From: Bugula neritina
Lineage: Eukaryota; Animalia; Bryozoa
Direction of reading: 5' to 3'
Length of the DNA: 64,000 bases
Assembly (NCBI GenBank): GCA_964035545.1
Contig: OZ037766.1
Location: 33,284,773 to 33,348,772, forward strand
The notes under the pieces were generated by a model. It did no database searches. It saw nothing but the letters and a program-made list of their open reading frames with translations, and was not told the DNA's origin. Position numbers and translations under genes: made by a program. Numbering within the stretch: the first letter of the stretch is position 1; each line of letters starts with the position of its first letter. Below are positions 29,734 to 43,655 of this stretch, in pieces.

Positions 29734-32700
29734 TTATCTTTTATATGTGAAACTTTTCCCAGCATCTGCTCTGAAGTTGTTAGATTTCTGATTCTACACA
29801 ACAGAGTACAGAGTATAGAGTATATAGTAGGAGTACAGAGTACTCAGTTACTTGGAGTACGGAGTACTCAGTTACTTGGAGTACAGAGTACTCAGTTACT
29901 TGGAGTACAGAGTACACAGTTACTTGGAATACAGAGTACACAGTTACTTGGAGTACAGAGTACACAGTTACTTAGAGTACAGAGTACACAGTTACTTGGA
30001 GTACAGAGTAAGAGTACACAGTTACTTGGAGTACAGAGTACTCAGTTACTTGGAGTACAGAGTACACAGTTACTTGGAATACAGAGTACACAGTTACTTG
30101 GAGTACAGAGTACACAGTTACTTAGAGTACAGAGTACACAGTTACTTGGAGTACAGAGTAAGAGTACACAGTTACTTGGAGTACAGAGTACACAGTTACT
30201 TGGAGTACAGAGTAAGAGTACACAGTTACTTGGAGTACAGAGTACACAGTTACTTGGAATACAGAGTAAGAGTACACAGTTACTTGGAGTACAGAGTACA
30301 CAGTTACTTGGAGTACAGAGTACACAGTTACTTGGAATACAGAGTAAGAGTACACAGTTACTTGGAGTACAGAGTACACAGTTACTTGGAGTACAGAGTA
30401 CACAGTTACTTGGAGTACAGAGTACACAGTTACTCGGAGTACAGAGTAAGAGTATATAGTAGGAGTAGCATACTTTGTGTTTACTAGACTTCTTGAGTTT
30501 AGGGGGTTGAGGAGGTTTAAACTCGCTGTAGTCTGCAGTAGAATAATCGTAGGGTTTAAACTCAGAGTCCGGCTTTATAAGCTTCTTCTCTGGATTACTG
30601 GCTGGTCGGTATCTCATTGGCTGAGCCTGTGTAAGCAGTGATATGATTGGAGGACATTAAGACTATGCAAGATTTGGACTAAACAATACACTCTGTATTA
30701 TATACTATACTCTGTATTATATACTATACTATACTATGTATTATATACTATACTATACTCTGTATTATATACTATACTATACTTTGCATTATATACTATA
30801 ATATACTCTGTATTATATACTATACTCTGTATTATATACTATACTCTGTATTATATACTATACTCTGTATACTATACTCTGTATTATATACTATACTGTC
30901 TCTATTATATACTATACTATACTCTGTATTATATACTATACTATACTCTGTATTATATACTATAGTCTGTATTATATACTATACTCTGTATTATATACTA
31001 TACTCTGTATTATATACTATACTCTGTATTATATACTATACTATACTATGTATTATATACTATACTCTGTATTATACACCATACTATACTATACTCTGTA
31101 TTATATACTATACTCTGTATTATATACTATACTCTGTATTATATACTATACTCTGTATTATATACTATACTATACTCTGTATTATATACTATACTCTGTA
31201 TTATATACTATACTCTGTATTATATACTATACTCTGTATACTATACTCTGTATTATATACTATACTATACTCTGTATTATATACTATACTCTGTATTATA
31301 TACTATACTCTGTATTATATACTATACTATACTCTGTATTATATACTATACTCTGTATTATATACTATACTCTGTATTATATACTATACTATACTCTGTA
31401 TTATATACTATAATATACTCTGTATTATATACTATACTCTGTATTATATACTATACTCTGTATTATATACTATACTCTGTATACTATACTCTGTATTATA
31501 TACTATACTATACTCTGTATTATATACTATACTCTGTATTATATACTATACTATACTCTGTATTATATACTATACTCTGTATTATATACTATACTATACT
31601 CTGTATTATACACTATACTCTGTATTATATACTATAATCTGTATTATATACTATACTATACTCTGTATTATATACTATACTCTGTATTATATACTATACT
31701 ATACTCTGTATTATATACTATACTCTGTATTATATACTATACTATACTCTGTATTATATACTATACTCTGTATTATATACTATACTATAGTCTGTATTAT
31801 ATACTATACTCTGTATTATATACTATACTCTGTATTATATACTATACTCTGTATTATATACTATACTCTGTATTATATACTATACTCTGTATTATATACT
31901 ATACTCTGTATTATATACTATACTCTGTATTATATACTATACTCTGTATTATATACTATACTCTGTATTATATACTATACTCTGTATTATATACTATACT
32001 CTGTATTATATACTATACTCTGTATTATATACTATACTCTGTATTATATACTATACTCTGTATTATATACTATACTCTGTATTATATACTATACTCTGTA
32101 TTATATACTATACTATACTCTGTATTATATACTATACTATACTCTGTATTATATACTATACTCTGTATTATATACTATACTCTGTATTATATACTATACT
32201 CTGTATTATATACTATACTCTGTATTATATACTATACTCTGTATTATATACTATACTATACTCTGTATTATATACTATACTATACTCTGTATTATATACT
32301 ATACTCTGTATTATATACTATACTCTGTATTATATACTATACTATACTCTGTATTATATACTATACTCTGTATTATATACTATACTATACTCTGTATTAT
32401 ATACTATACTCTGTATTATATACTATACTCTGTATTATATACTATACTCTGTATTATATACTATACTCTGTATTATATACTATACTCTGTATTATATACT
32501 ATACTATACTCTGTATTATATACTATACTATACTCTGTATTATATACTATACTATAGTCTGTATTATATACTATACTCTGTATCATATACTATACTATAC
32601 TCTGTATTATATACTATACTCTGTATTATATACTATACTCTGTATTATATACTATACTCTGTATTATATACTATACTATACTCTGTATTATATACTATAC

Positions 32701-35700
32701 TCTGTATTATATACTATACTATACTCTGTATTATATACTATACTCTGTATTATATACTATACTATACTCTGTATTATATACTATACTCTGTATTATATAC
32801 TATACTCTGTATTATATACTATACTCTGTATTATATACTATACTCTGTATTATATACTATACTATACTCTGTATTATATACTATACTATACTCTGTATTA
32901 TATACTATACTCTGTATTATATACTATACTCTGTATTATATACTATACTATACTCTGTATTATATACTATACTCTGTATTATATACTATACTATACTCTG
33001 TATTATATACTATACTCTGTATTATATACTATACTCTGTATTATATACTATACTCTGTATTATATACTATACTCTGTATTATATACTATACTCTGTATTA
33101 TATACTATACTATACTCTGTATTATATACTATACTATACTCTGTATTATATACTATACTATAGTCTGTATTATATACTATACTCTGTATCATATACTATA
33201 CTATACTCTGTATTATATACTATACTCTGTATTATATACTATACTCTGTATTATATACTATACTCTGTATTATATACTATACTATACTCTGTATTATATA
33301 CTATACTCTGTATTATATACTATACTATACTCTGTATTATATACTATACTATAGTCTGTATTATATACTATACTCTGTATCATATACTATACTATACTCT
33401 GTATTATATACTATACTCTGTATTATATACTATACTCTGTATTATATACTATACTCTGTATTATATACTATACTCTGTATTATATACTATACTATACTCT
33501 GTATTATATACTATACTCTGTATTATATACTATACTATACTCTGTATTATATACTATACTCTGTATTATAAAATGTCACCTTCTTTACTGCCTCGTGCAC
33601 TTTTCTCCGTTTCCTCTTCTCTTTCTTAGCCAGCCTCATCATCTCCTCAATCTCTCCTTCCTCGAGGTTCTCCCCAACACCATCTCCTGGAGGAACCGAG
33701 CTAACAGACTCTACCCGTGATCTCTTCACTGAAGGCGACTCAGAGGGACCAGCGCTCGACCTCTTCAGTGACTCAGAGTCTGAGCTCAACGTGTTGTTAG
33801 CCGAGTCAGCCGGGGTTACTGGGTCATCCACTGGACAGCTCTGGTCCTCAGTCTAACAGATACAGTAGAGTATAAGCCACACCTACCTGACATGCTATGA
33901 GTATATTAAGCCACACCCATCTGAGATGCTATGAGTACAATAAGCCACACCCATCTGAGATGCTATGAGTACAATAAGCCACACCCACCTGAGATGCTAT
34001 GAGTACAATAAGCCACACCCATCTGAGATGCTATGAGTACAATAAGCCACACCCATCTGAGATGCTATGAGTACAATAAGCCACACCCACCTGAGATGCT
34101 ATGAGTACAATAAGCCACACCTACCTGAGATGCTATGAGTACAATAAGCCACACCCACCTGAGATGCTATGAGTACAATAAGCCACACCCACCTGAGATG
34201 CTATGAGTACAATAAGCCACACCCATCTGAGATGCTATGAGTACAATAATCCACACCTACCTGAGATGCTATGAGTACAATAAGCCACACCCACCTGAGA
34301 TGCTATGAGTACAATAAGCCACACCCACCTGAGATGCTATGAGTACAATAAGCCACACCCACCTGAGATGCTATGAGTACAATAAGCCACACCTACCTGA
34401 GATGCTATGAGTACAATAAGCCACACCCACCTGAGATGCTATGAGTACAATAAGCCACACCCACCTGAGATGCTATGAGTACAATAAGCCACACCCACCT
34501 GAGATGCTATGAGGATGGACATGTAGTCAATGTACTTCAAAGGGTTGTAGTGACTCAGCGGGGTTATAAAAGATTCTTTCAGCTTCTTCACCTTCTCAGT
34601 GACAGAATTTACCAGCGAGTGGCTAAACACTTTCCAGGATGGTGTCTGTTTCACCTCAACTTTACCTGCGTAGCAACAGACAAGTTACCTGCACACAACA
34701 ACAGACAAGTTACCTGCACACAACAACAGACAAGTTACCTGCACACAACAATACACAAGTTACCTGCACACAACAATACACAAGTTACCTGCACACAACA
34801 ACAGACAAGTTACCTGCACACAACAACAGACAAGTTACCTGCACACAACAACAGACAAGTTACCTGCACACAACAATACACAAGTTACCTGCACACAACA
34901 ATACACAAGTTACCTGCACACAACAACAGACAAGTTACCTGCACACAACAACAGACAAGTTACCTGCACACAACAACAGACAAGTTACCTGCACACAACA
35001 ACAGACAAGTTACCTGCACACAACAATACACAAGTTACCTGCACACAGCAACAGACAAGTTACCTGCACACAACAACAGACAAGTTACCTGCACACAACA
35101 ACAGACAAGTTACCTGCACACAACAGACAAGTTACCTGCACACAACAACAGACAAGTTACCTGCACACAACAATACACAAGTTACCTGCACGCAATAATA
35201 CACAAGTTACCTGCACACAGCAATAGACAAGTTAATCAACAGCCATACAGGTGCTGTGTATGTTCCGTTACTCAGTAGAGAGTAGAGAGCTCCGTTACTC
35301 AGCAGAGAGTAGAGTGACACACACCTGGTTTCACAGCACACCCCGGCAGCTGATTGGACGGAGAGAGAACGTCACTCGGACTATCGTGGGGACTGTCTAG
35401 CAGAGTTCTAGTCACCTTCGCCTGCAGTCTAGCCTCAGTTCTTATAGTCTGTGCAGCTGTTAGAGGTTGATCTCTTGCCTACATATGTCAACAGTTGGTA
35501 TATATGTCAACAGTTAGTATATATGTCAACAGTTAGTATACATGTCAACAGCTGATATACATGTCAACAGTTAGTATATATGTCAACAGTTGATATACAT
35601 GTCAACAGCTGATATACATGTCAACAGTTAGTATACATGTCAACAGTTGATGTAAAAGTCAATGGTTTATCTGGTAAGCAAACCTACCTCCTTCACAAGA

Positions 35701-38700
35701 GAGTGAATGGCATGCAGATGTTGTCGCACCAATGGAGGTATAGGAGTACAGCATGCCAGGACACCACTTGGCTCTCTGGGGAGAACCTCACAGATCTAGG
35801 ATACAAAAACAACACTGATTGGCTGGTGGCCATAGCAGGAGAATATGATTGGTTATTTGTATGAAGAATATTTTGCTAAAACTGCTCAATATTATACAGA
35901 GGTGATTTGTATGTGTCCTGTGATTGGCTGATAGTACCTGTAACATGATTTGATTGGCTGATAGTACCTGTAACATGGGATGTGATTGGCTGATAGTACC
36001 TGTAACATGATGTGATTGGCTGATAGTACCTGTAACATGGGATGTGATTGGCTGATAGTACCTGTAACATGATGTGATTGGCTGACAGTACCTGTAACAT
36101 GATGTGATTGGCTGACAGTACCTGTAACATGGGATGTGATTGGCTGACAGTACCTGTAACATGATGTGATTGGCTGACAGTACATGTAACATGGGATGTG
36201 AGTGGCTGACAGTACCTGTAACATGATGTGATTGGGTAGAATAAAGCCTTGTGACTCATCCTCCTGTTGAGCCAGTCTGAATCTCCACTCATACAGTTTG
36301 ACTAGAGCCATCATCTGTCGGCTGTTGAAGGACTTCCTGCTTCTGGTGTACAAGTCGTGGTAACCGTCGTCTGCTAAGGTAGGTTTCCTGTAAACCTGTG
36401 AAATGGAATAGCTGTTTGGTATAGTTGATACAGTATATACAGATACAAGAGGGAATAACTCTATAGTATAGTTGATATATACAGATACAAGAGGGAATAA
36501 CTCTAGACTATAGTTGATATATACAGACACAAGAGGGAATAACTCTAGAGTATAGTTGATACAGTATATACAGATACAAGAGGGAATAACTCTAGAGTAT
36601 AGTTGATATATACAGATACAAGAGGGAATAACTCTAGACTATAGTTGATATATACAGACACAAGAGGGAATAACTCTAGAGTATAGTTGATACAGTATAT
36701 ACAGATACAAGAGGGAATAACTCTAGAGTATAGTTGATATATACAGATACAAGAGGGAATAACTCTATAGTATAGTTGATATATACAGATACAAGAGGGA
36801 ATAACTCTAGAGTATAGTTGATATATACAGATACAAGAGGGAATAACTCTATAGTATAGTTGATATATACAGGTACAAGAGGGAATAACTCTAGAGTATA
36901 GTTGATATATACAGATACAAGAGGGAATAACTCTAGAGTATAGACCTTAGCCGTGATAAGCCGAGAGTTGTCCAGGACGGAGAGGAGGAGATTATTCTGC
37001 TGGTTTCCTCTGTCCAGCAAAGAGTTCCTCATCATGTCGTAGATGTAGAGGAGGTAGTGGGTGTCTTCCCGGGCATAGTTCAGCAACTCCTCGGGCAGCG
37101 GTCTGCAGGGGCAGCATGACACAATGAGTACCTGATCCTCCAATCAGCAAGCTGGTACTATACACAACATACCTGATCCTCCAATCAGCAAGCTGGTACT
37201 ATACACTACATACCTGATCCTCCAATCAGCAAGCTGGTACTATACACTACATACCTGATCCTCCAATCAGCAAGCTGGTACTATACACTACATACCTGAT
37301 CCTCCAATCAGCAAGCTGGTACTGTTTGTCAGCCTCCACATGACAGTAGTGTTTGAGGAGGTACGCGAGGGAGTGTCTGCTGAACGCCAACAGTTTACTG
37401 GCGATGTGAGTGTCGAACATGTTGACAATGTAGACACTCAAGTCTCTCTGCAGCCACTCGATGTCGGAGTCAGCGCCATGTAACACCTGGTCACATGACT
37501 ATATATGATACTGGTCACATGACTGCATATGATACTGGTCACATGACTACATATAATACTGGTCACATGACTACATATAATACTGGTCACATGACTACAT
37601 ATAATACTGGTCACATGACTACATATAATACTGGTCACATGACTACATATAATACTGGTCACATGACTACATATGATACTGGTCACATGACTACATATGA
37701 TACTGGTCACATGACTACATATGATACTGGTCACATGACTACATATGATACTGGTCACATGACTACATATAATACTGGTCACATGACTACATATGATACT
37801 GGTCACATGACTACATATAATACTGGTCACATGACTACATATAACGCTGATGTCACCTTCACAATAGTCGGATCTGTGAAGACTTCATTCAGGACTCGCA
37901 GCTCCGAGCGCAGAGCCAGAGTGTCTACGATATAGTCGTGGGTCCTAGTGCTCAGCTGCATGAGACACGTCAACCCTTGGAAGGAGCGGTACGAGTGGGC
38001 CTAGAGAACACATGCTAAGTTGTGTGAGTGTAACCATAGCAACTATCTTACGTAACACAACATCACCAGGTGTATTAGTGGACAGTAGAACCACTGAACT
38101 GAAACTATGATAGTTCAATGAGTAGAACTCACCTCTAAATCCACGGCTATCTCTTTCACTACCCTCAGATCATCCATTAACCTCTCCAGCTGCTCAACAG
38201 TGTCTATATATGTATGTGGACCACTTTCTTGTAGAGGTTTAGGCATCTACAAGATGTGTAGTATGTACAGCTATCTCACCTGTTAGTATTATATTATATA
38301 ATACTATCTCACCTGTTAGTATTATATTATATATTACTATCTCACCTGTTAGTATTATATTATATATTACTATCTCACCTGTTAGTATTATATTATATTA
38401 TATATTACTATCTCACCTGTTAGTATTATATAATATTATATATTAGTATCTCACCTGTTAGTATTATATTATATTATATATTACTATCTCACCTGTTAGT
38501 ATTATATTATATTATATATTACTATTTCACCTGTTAGTATTATATTATATTATATATTACTATCTCACCTGTTAGTATTATATTATATTATATATTACTA
38601 TTTCACCTGTTAGTATTATATTATATTATATATTACTATCTCACCTGTTAGTATTATATTATATTATATATTACTATCTCACCTGTTAGTATTATATTAT

Positions 38701-41700
38701 ATTATATATTACTATCTCACCTGTTAGTATTATATTATATATTACTATCTCACCTGTTAGTATTATATTATATTATATATTACTATCTCACCTGTTAGTA
38801 TTATATTATATTATGTACAGCTATCTCACCTGTTAGTATTATATTATATTATATATTACTATCTCATCTGTTAGTATCATATTATATTATATTATATATT
38901 ACTAACTCACCTGTTAGTATTATATTATATATTACTATCTCATCTGTTAGTATTATATTATATTATATTATATATTACTAACTCACCTGTTAGTATTATA
39001 TTATATATTACTATCTCATCTGTTAGTATTATATTATATTATATATTACTATCTCACCTGTTAGTATTATATTATAATATATATTACTATCTCACCTGCT
39101 AGTATTATATTATATATTACTATCTCATCTGTTAGTATTATATTATATATTACTATCTCACCTGTTAGTATTATATTATATTATATATTACTATCTCACC
39201 TGTTAGTATTATATTATATTATATATTACTATCTCACCTGTTAGTATTATATTATAATATATATTACTATCTCACCTGCTAGTATTATATTATATATTAC
39301 TATCTCATCTGTTAGTATTATATTATATTATATATTACTATCTCACCTGTTAGTATTATATTATATAATATATTACTAACTCACCTGTTAGTATTATATT
39401 ATATATTACTATCTCGCCTGTTAGTATTATATTATATTATATATTACTATCTCATCTGTTAGTATTATATTATATTATATATTACTAACTCACCTGTTAC
39501 TATTTTATTATATTATATATTACTAACTCACCTGTTAGTATTATATTATATTATATATTACTATCTCGCCTGTTAGTATTATTTTATATTATATATTACT
39601 ATCTCGCCTGTTAGTATTATATTATATATTACTATCTCGCCTGTTAGTATTATATTATATTATATATTACTATCTCACCTGTTAGTATTATATTATATAT
39701 TACTATCTCATCTGTTAGTATTATATTATATATTACTATCTCACCTGTTAGTATTATATTATATTATATATTACTAACTCACCTGTTACTATTTTATTAT
39801 ATTATATATATTACTAACTCACCTGTTAGTATTATATTATATTATATATTACTATCTCGCCTGTTAGTATTATTTTATATTATATATTACTATCTCGCCT
39901 GTTAGTATTATATTATATATTACTATCTCGCCTGTTAGTATTATATTATATTATATATTACTATCTCACCTGTTAGTATTATATTATATATTACTATCTC
40001 GCCTGTTAGTATTATATTATATTATATATTACTATCTCACCTGTTAGTATTATATTATATTATATATTACTATCTCATCTGTTAGTATTATATTATATTA
40101 TATATTACTATCTCACCTGTTAGTATTATATTATATATTACCATCTCACCTGAGGGCTAGCTGTAGCAGTTAACTGTTGCTGGGTGTAGCTGAATCTCTC
40201 TATTTCATACTTGTAAGGGTTGGGGGCAGCTTGTGCCTGCTGTCCTTCTTGTGTCGGCAACTGAAGGCTCTCTGCAAACACAAAGTAATAAAACAGGAAG
40301 TAGTAAAAGAGGAAGTAGTAGAAGAGGAAGTAGTAAAAGAGGAACTAGTAGAGGAGGAAATAGTAGAAGAGGAAGTAGTAGAAGAGGAAGTAGTAGGAGA
40401 GGAAGTAGTAGAAGAGGAAGTAGTAGTGGTAGAACAGCTCAAATCTCACCTCTGAGTGGAAGAATTGCGTGTGGTTTGTGTGTTAGCTTAGGATAGAAGG
40501 GGGTGTCGGAGTTGTCCACTTTCTCTTTGAACTTAGTCTGAGGTCTTTGTACAAACCGTGCTGCTAAAAGACGGTAGGAGCCGCGAGAGTCCTTCTCACT
40601 GCTCTTCTGTAAATAAGAACAGAGGCAAACCTGAATAGTTAAAGAATAAAGTCTATAACACAATAAGCTGTACTACAACGCAGTTTCTGTCAGCGTCAGC
40701 GTACTTCTCACTGCGAGTAGAACTACGGTGAAATATTGCAATGTCTTCAGAGGAGAAATAACAGAGCTTATGTCAAAGTATTGGCAAGTAACAGAAACTA
40801 AACTAGAGTATGTTTCTAGCTATTATCAGCAACATACGTATGCTGTATGCATAGAAACGTGTTCAATCAACTCATACTACATATTCTATATTGTCAGTGG
40901 ATATGCTGAGTTGGAGTTGTCGTCACGTGACGATATGACGTCTGTTGCAGAGCAGACAAACAGGATGTGGAATGACTCACTTTAGTAGAGTTCCAAGTGG
41001 CGGCTCTAGGAGTGGACTTAGACTGAGGGGTACTGCTAACTACCAGTTCTGTTGCGGGCTCCTTCCTTATACCCTCAAACTCATCCAACCTGTTAGACTA
41101 AGAATAACACACAGACTGTAATATACACACCAGAGTATAATATAGTATAGTATAATGTAACTAACATAATATAGTATAATGTAACTAACATAATATAGTA
41201 TAATGTAACTAACATAATATAGTATAATGTAACTAACATAATATAGTATAATGTAACTAACATAATATAGTATAATGTAACTAACATAATATAGTATAAT
41301 GTAACTAACATAATATAGTATAATGTAACTAACATAATATAGTATAATGTAACTAACATAATATAGTATAATGTAACTAACATAATATAGTATAATGTAA
41401 CTAACATAATATAGTATAATGTAACTAACATAATATAGTATAATGTAACTAACATAATATAGTATAATGTAACTAACATAATATAGTATAATGTAACTAA
41501 CATAATATAGTATAATGTAACTAACATAATATAGTATAATGTAACTAACATAATATAGTATAATGTAACTAACATAATATAGTATAATGTAACTAACATA
41601 ATATAGTATAATGTAACTAACATAATATAGTATAATGTAACTAACATAATATAGTATAATGTAACTAACATAATATACTACATGTAATGTAATTTGGAAA

Positions 41701-43448
41701 GGAATTTGAACTCACAATTCTCTCGGTCAACTGATCGTTAGCGTCTATTAGCGTCTCAAACTTGTCCTCAATATCTATACCTTCAGCCTGAGAGGTGAGG
41801 GTGCCAGATGCCCGAATTCCATTCTGTCTGAGTAGGTAACTTAGTCTATATCAACAGAACATGACACTTGCTGTTTAGTCTGCCACACTCAGACCACAAC
41901 CTGACGACTCGTATCGAGAAAAGAGTTTAAAATGAACAAACTAATTCAACTAAATCAAAGACTTGAGTAAAGTTAGAAGTAGTGAAACTAGAAGACGTAC
42001 AGTTCGAGAGCTCTGCACCCCTCATCTTCCATAGTCTCCAGGAACTCAGGGTATGTTGTGTAGAACTCATACTGCTCCCCATTTGGCAGCAGATTACTGG
42101 CTTTCACAGCAGAAGCTACTTTTGGCATAATCGCCTGAAACATAGCATTGTAGAAGGTAGTGCTGCTGTTAACATAGCATTGTAGAAGGTGGTACTGCTG
42201 TTAACATAGCATTGTAGAAGGTGGTACTGTTGGTGCAACAATAAGTTAAATCTCATTATTTTACTGCTTAAAAGAAATAACATTTTTACTAGAACTAAAT
42301 TTGACTACAAAAATAGTCGACATAATTCAAACCATCAGTATAAATTTAAACTCAAAGTCATAATACTCATTATCATTATGATTGTGACCATCAGTTAGGT
42401 TTAGCCATTGCCCACTGGTTTCACCATCAACTAGCAGTGTCAAAGCATTGGTAACATATTAAGTATGATATTCATAGCATCAGCATGAGTAACAATACGA
42501 GTATCACTATCACTATTACTAATAGAGTTGATGTGATAGCAACAGTACTAGTCGTAGTACTATTACTAAATGAGTATTACCCTTACTATTAGTCTTAAAC
42601 TTCAAATAAGAATGAGTTTTTGTCAGCGTCTGTCTGCGATACATTTAGCAAAAACTAACTCATTCACTGTGACTGTGACTGCCGCTGTTAGTGTTAGTTA
42701 GCCAACACCTAAAGTTAAATTGAAACATTTCATGTAGCTGTACCGGTAGACACAGTCAGCCTCATATTCATAGTCATACTGTAAACTGATAGATGAAAGA
42801 ACTACTACTGTCTACTAGTGCCACTGGTACTACTAGTACTAGACATAGTGGCTAGTTCACTAGACCTAGTGGCTAGTAAGCTAGACCTAGAGCTAGTCTA
42901 CTAGCTCAAGTATTTGAGTTAGAATAGTACCAGTGCTAATACCAATAATAGTACTAGGTTTATTAGAACTAAAAGTAAATGTAAAATAAAAATTATTTTA
43001 AAATGAATAAAACAAATTCAACATCAATATGAATATGAATACGATAATGAATTCAGAATAAAATTTAATATTATAGCTTAAAGTTAAACTATTACATTGA
43101 ATGTCTTATATTTTTAATCATTATAAATGTTATAATTAACATTCATATTTAATTAATGAATTATTATCAATTTTATATTTTTTATCATTTTATTTAATTG
43201 ATTATTTAATTTTATTGAAAATGAATAGTCAATTACTGAATTAGTATTACTCAATAGACGAAACTCTAACAAGAAAATACCTTGAAATAATCATCTACAT
43301 CTGTGTCTTTTATTATTTTATGTGATGCTAAAGTTTCTTGCGGTGTGCTTGTGGTTCCAGTATGATCTGGATTATTTTGTTCTGCTTTATGTTCCATATT
43401 TACATTATCATTGGTCTTGAAAGTGGAACTGTCACTGTCTTGCTCCAT
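29734..43448 (-). CDS. EXOSC10: Exosome component 10 (Rrp6/PM-Scl100), 17 exons, ~842 aa
   Basis: Exons 43448-43281, 42134-42001, 41845-41716, 41097-40981, 40606-40450, 40271-40150, 38246-38133, 38000-37857, 37486-37296, 37102-36946, 36395-36216, 35795-35688, 35478-35325, 34665-34499, 33852-33580, 30626-30474, 29793-29734, all GT-AG and in phase. PMC2NT region ([11 protein letters not shown]), RPQ..F..KVDNS..PF.PKL..KP, DEDD exonuclease ([60 protein letters not shown]), HRDC ([20 protein letters not shown]). Confidence 0.97.
29830..30455. repeat. 24/30-bp minisatellite, last EXOSC10 intron
   Basis: Unit gagtacacagttacttggagtaca. Confidence 0.95.
30688..33570. repeat. 19/24-bp minisatellite, EXOSC10 intron 15
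   Basis: Unit tatactatactctgtatta, about 2.9 kb. Confidence 0.97.
33872..34512 (-). repeat. 34-bp donor-spanning minisatellite, EXOSC10 intron 14
   Basis: Transcript-sense unit gtgggtgtggcttattgtactcatagcatctcag contains the exon end (ctcatagcatctcag) plus the donor. Confidence 0.95.
34662..35235 (-). repeat. 25-bp acceptor-spanning minisatellite, EXOSC10 intron 13
   Basis: Transcript-sense unit gtaacttgtctgttgttgtgtgcag, about 22 copies, mirrors the true acceptor tctgttgctacgcag|gtaaag. Confidence 0.95.
35918..36236 (-). repeat. 30/32-bp donor-spanning minisatellite, EXOSC10 intron 11
   Basis: Unit gtactgtcagccaatcacatcatgttacag = first 10 intron nt plus last ~20 exon nt (PNHIMLQ). Confidence 0.95.
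36420..36943. repeat. ~42-bp minisatellite, EXOSC10 intron 10
   Basis: Unit tatagttgatatatacagatacaagagggaataactctagag. Confidence 0.95.
37129..37323 (-). repeat. 41-bp donor-spanning repeat, EXOSC10 intron 9
   Basis: Five copies of the exon end encoding YQLADWRIR plus GT; unit starts at 37129, 37170, 37211, 37252, 37293. Confidence 0.95.
37487..37845 (-). repeat. 24-bp acceptor-ending minisatellite, EXOSC10 intron 8
   Basis: Transcript-sense unit tatcatatgtagtcatgtgaccag; the last copy is the true acceptor. Confidence 0.95.
38270..40152 (-). repeat. 33-43-bp TACTAAC-AG|GTGAG minisatellite, EXOSC10 intron 6
   Basis: Transcript-sense unit gtgagatagtaatatataatataatactaacag, about 50 copies over 1.9 kb, starting at the true donor cag|gtgaga. 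Confidence 0.96.
41140..41678. repeat. Perfect 24-bp minisatellite, EXOSC10 intron 3
   Basis: Unit taatgtaactaacataatatagta, about 22 identical copies. Confidence 0.97.
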
Positions 43449-43655
43449 GCTTCCAGTTTAAATTATTGAAATAAACTTAGCGACGAACTGTAAACTTGTT
43501 CCTAATTGCTGTAATAGTGGTGTGCTTGTAATGGCCCTCGCCATAAAATGTTCTGAAGCTCACAGTCGAAAGACACAGCGATTAGTTGTAGAACGGTTCT
43601 AAGTGACGTTCCAATCAGCGTTTAGCTTTCATGTACATTACCGTTTCCCGTCGCG
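43449..43655. promoter_or_regulatory. Probable bidirectional promoter, EXOSC10 / NDUFA3-like
   Basis: Divergent ATGs 207 bp apart; locally more CpG; tgacgt and ccaat motifs near 43604-43615. Confidence 0.7.

Noticed and set aside
33872-40152. Possible CRISPR-like arrays (25-41-bp repeats)
   Set aside because: Units are head-to-tail without unique spacers, there are no cas genes, and the context is eukaryotic introns.
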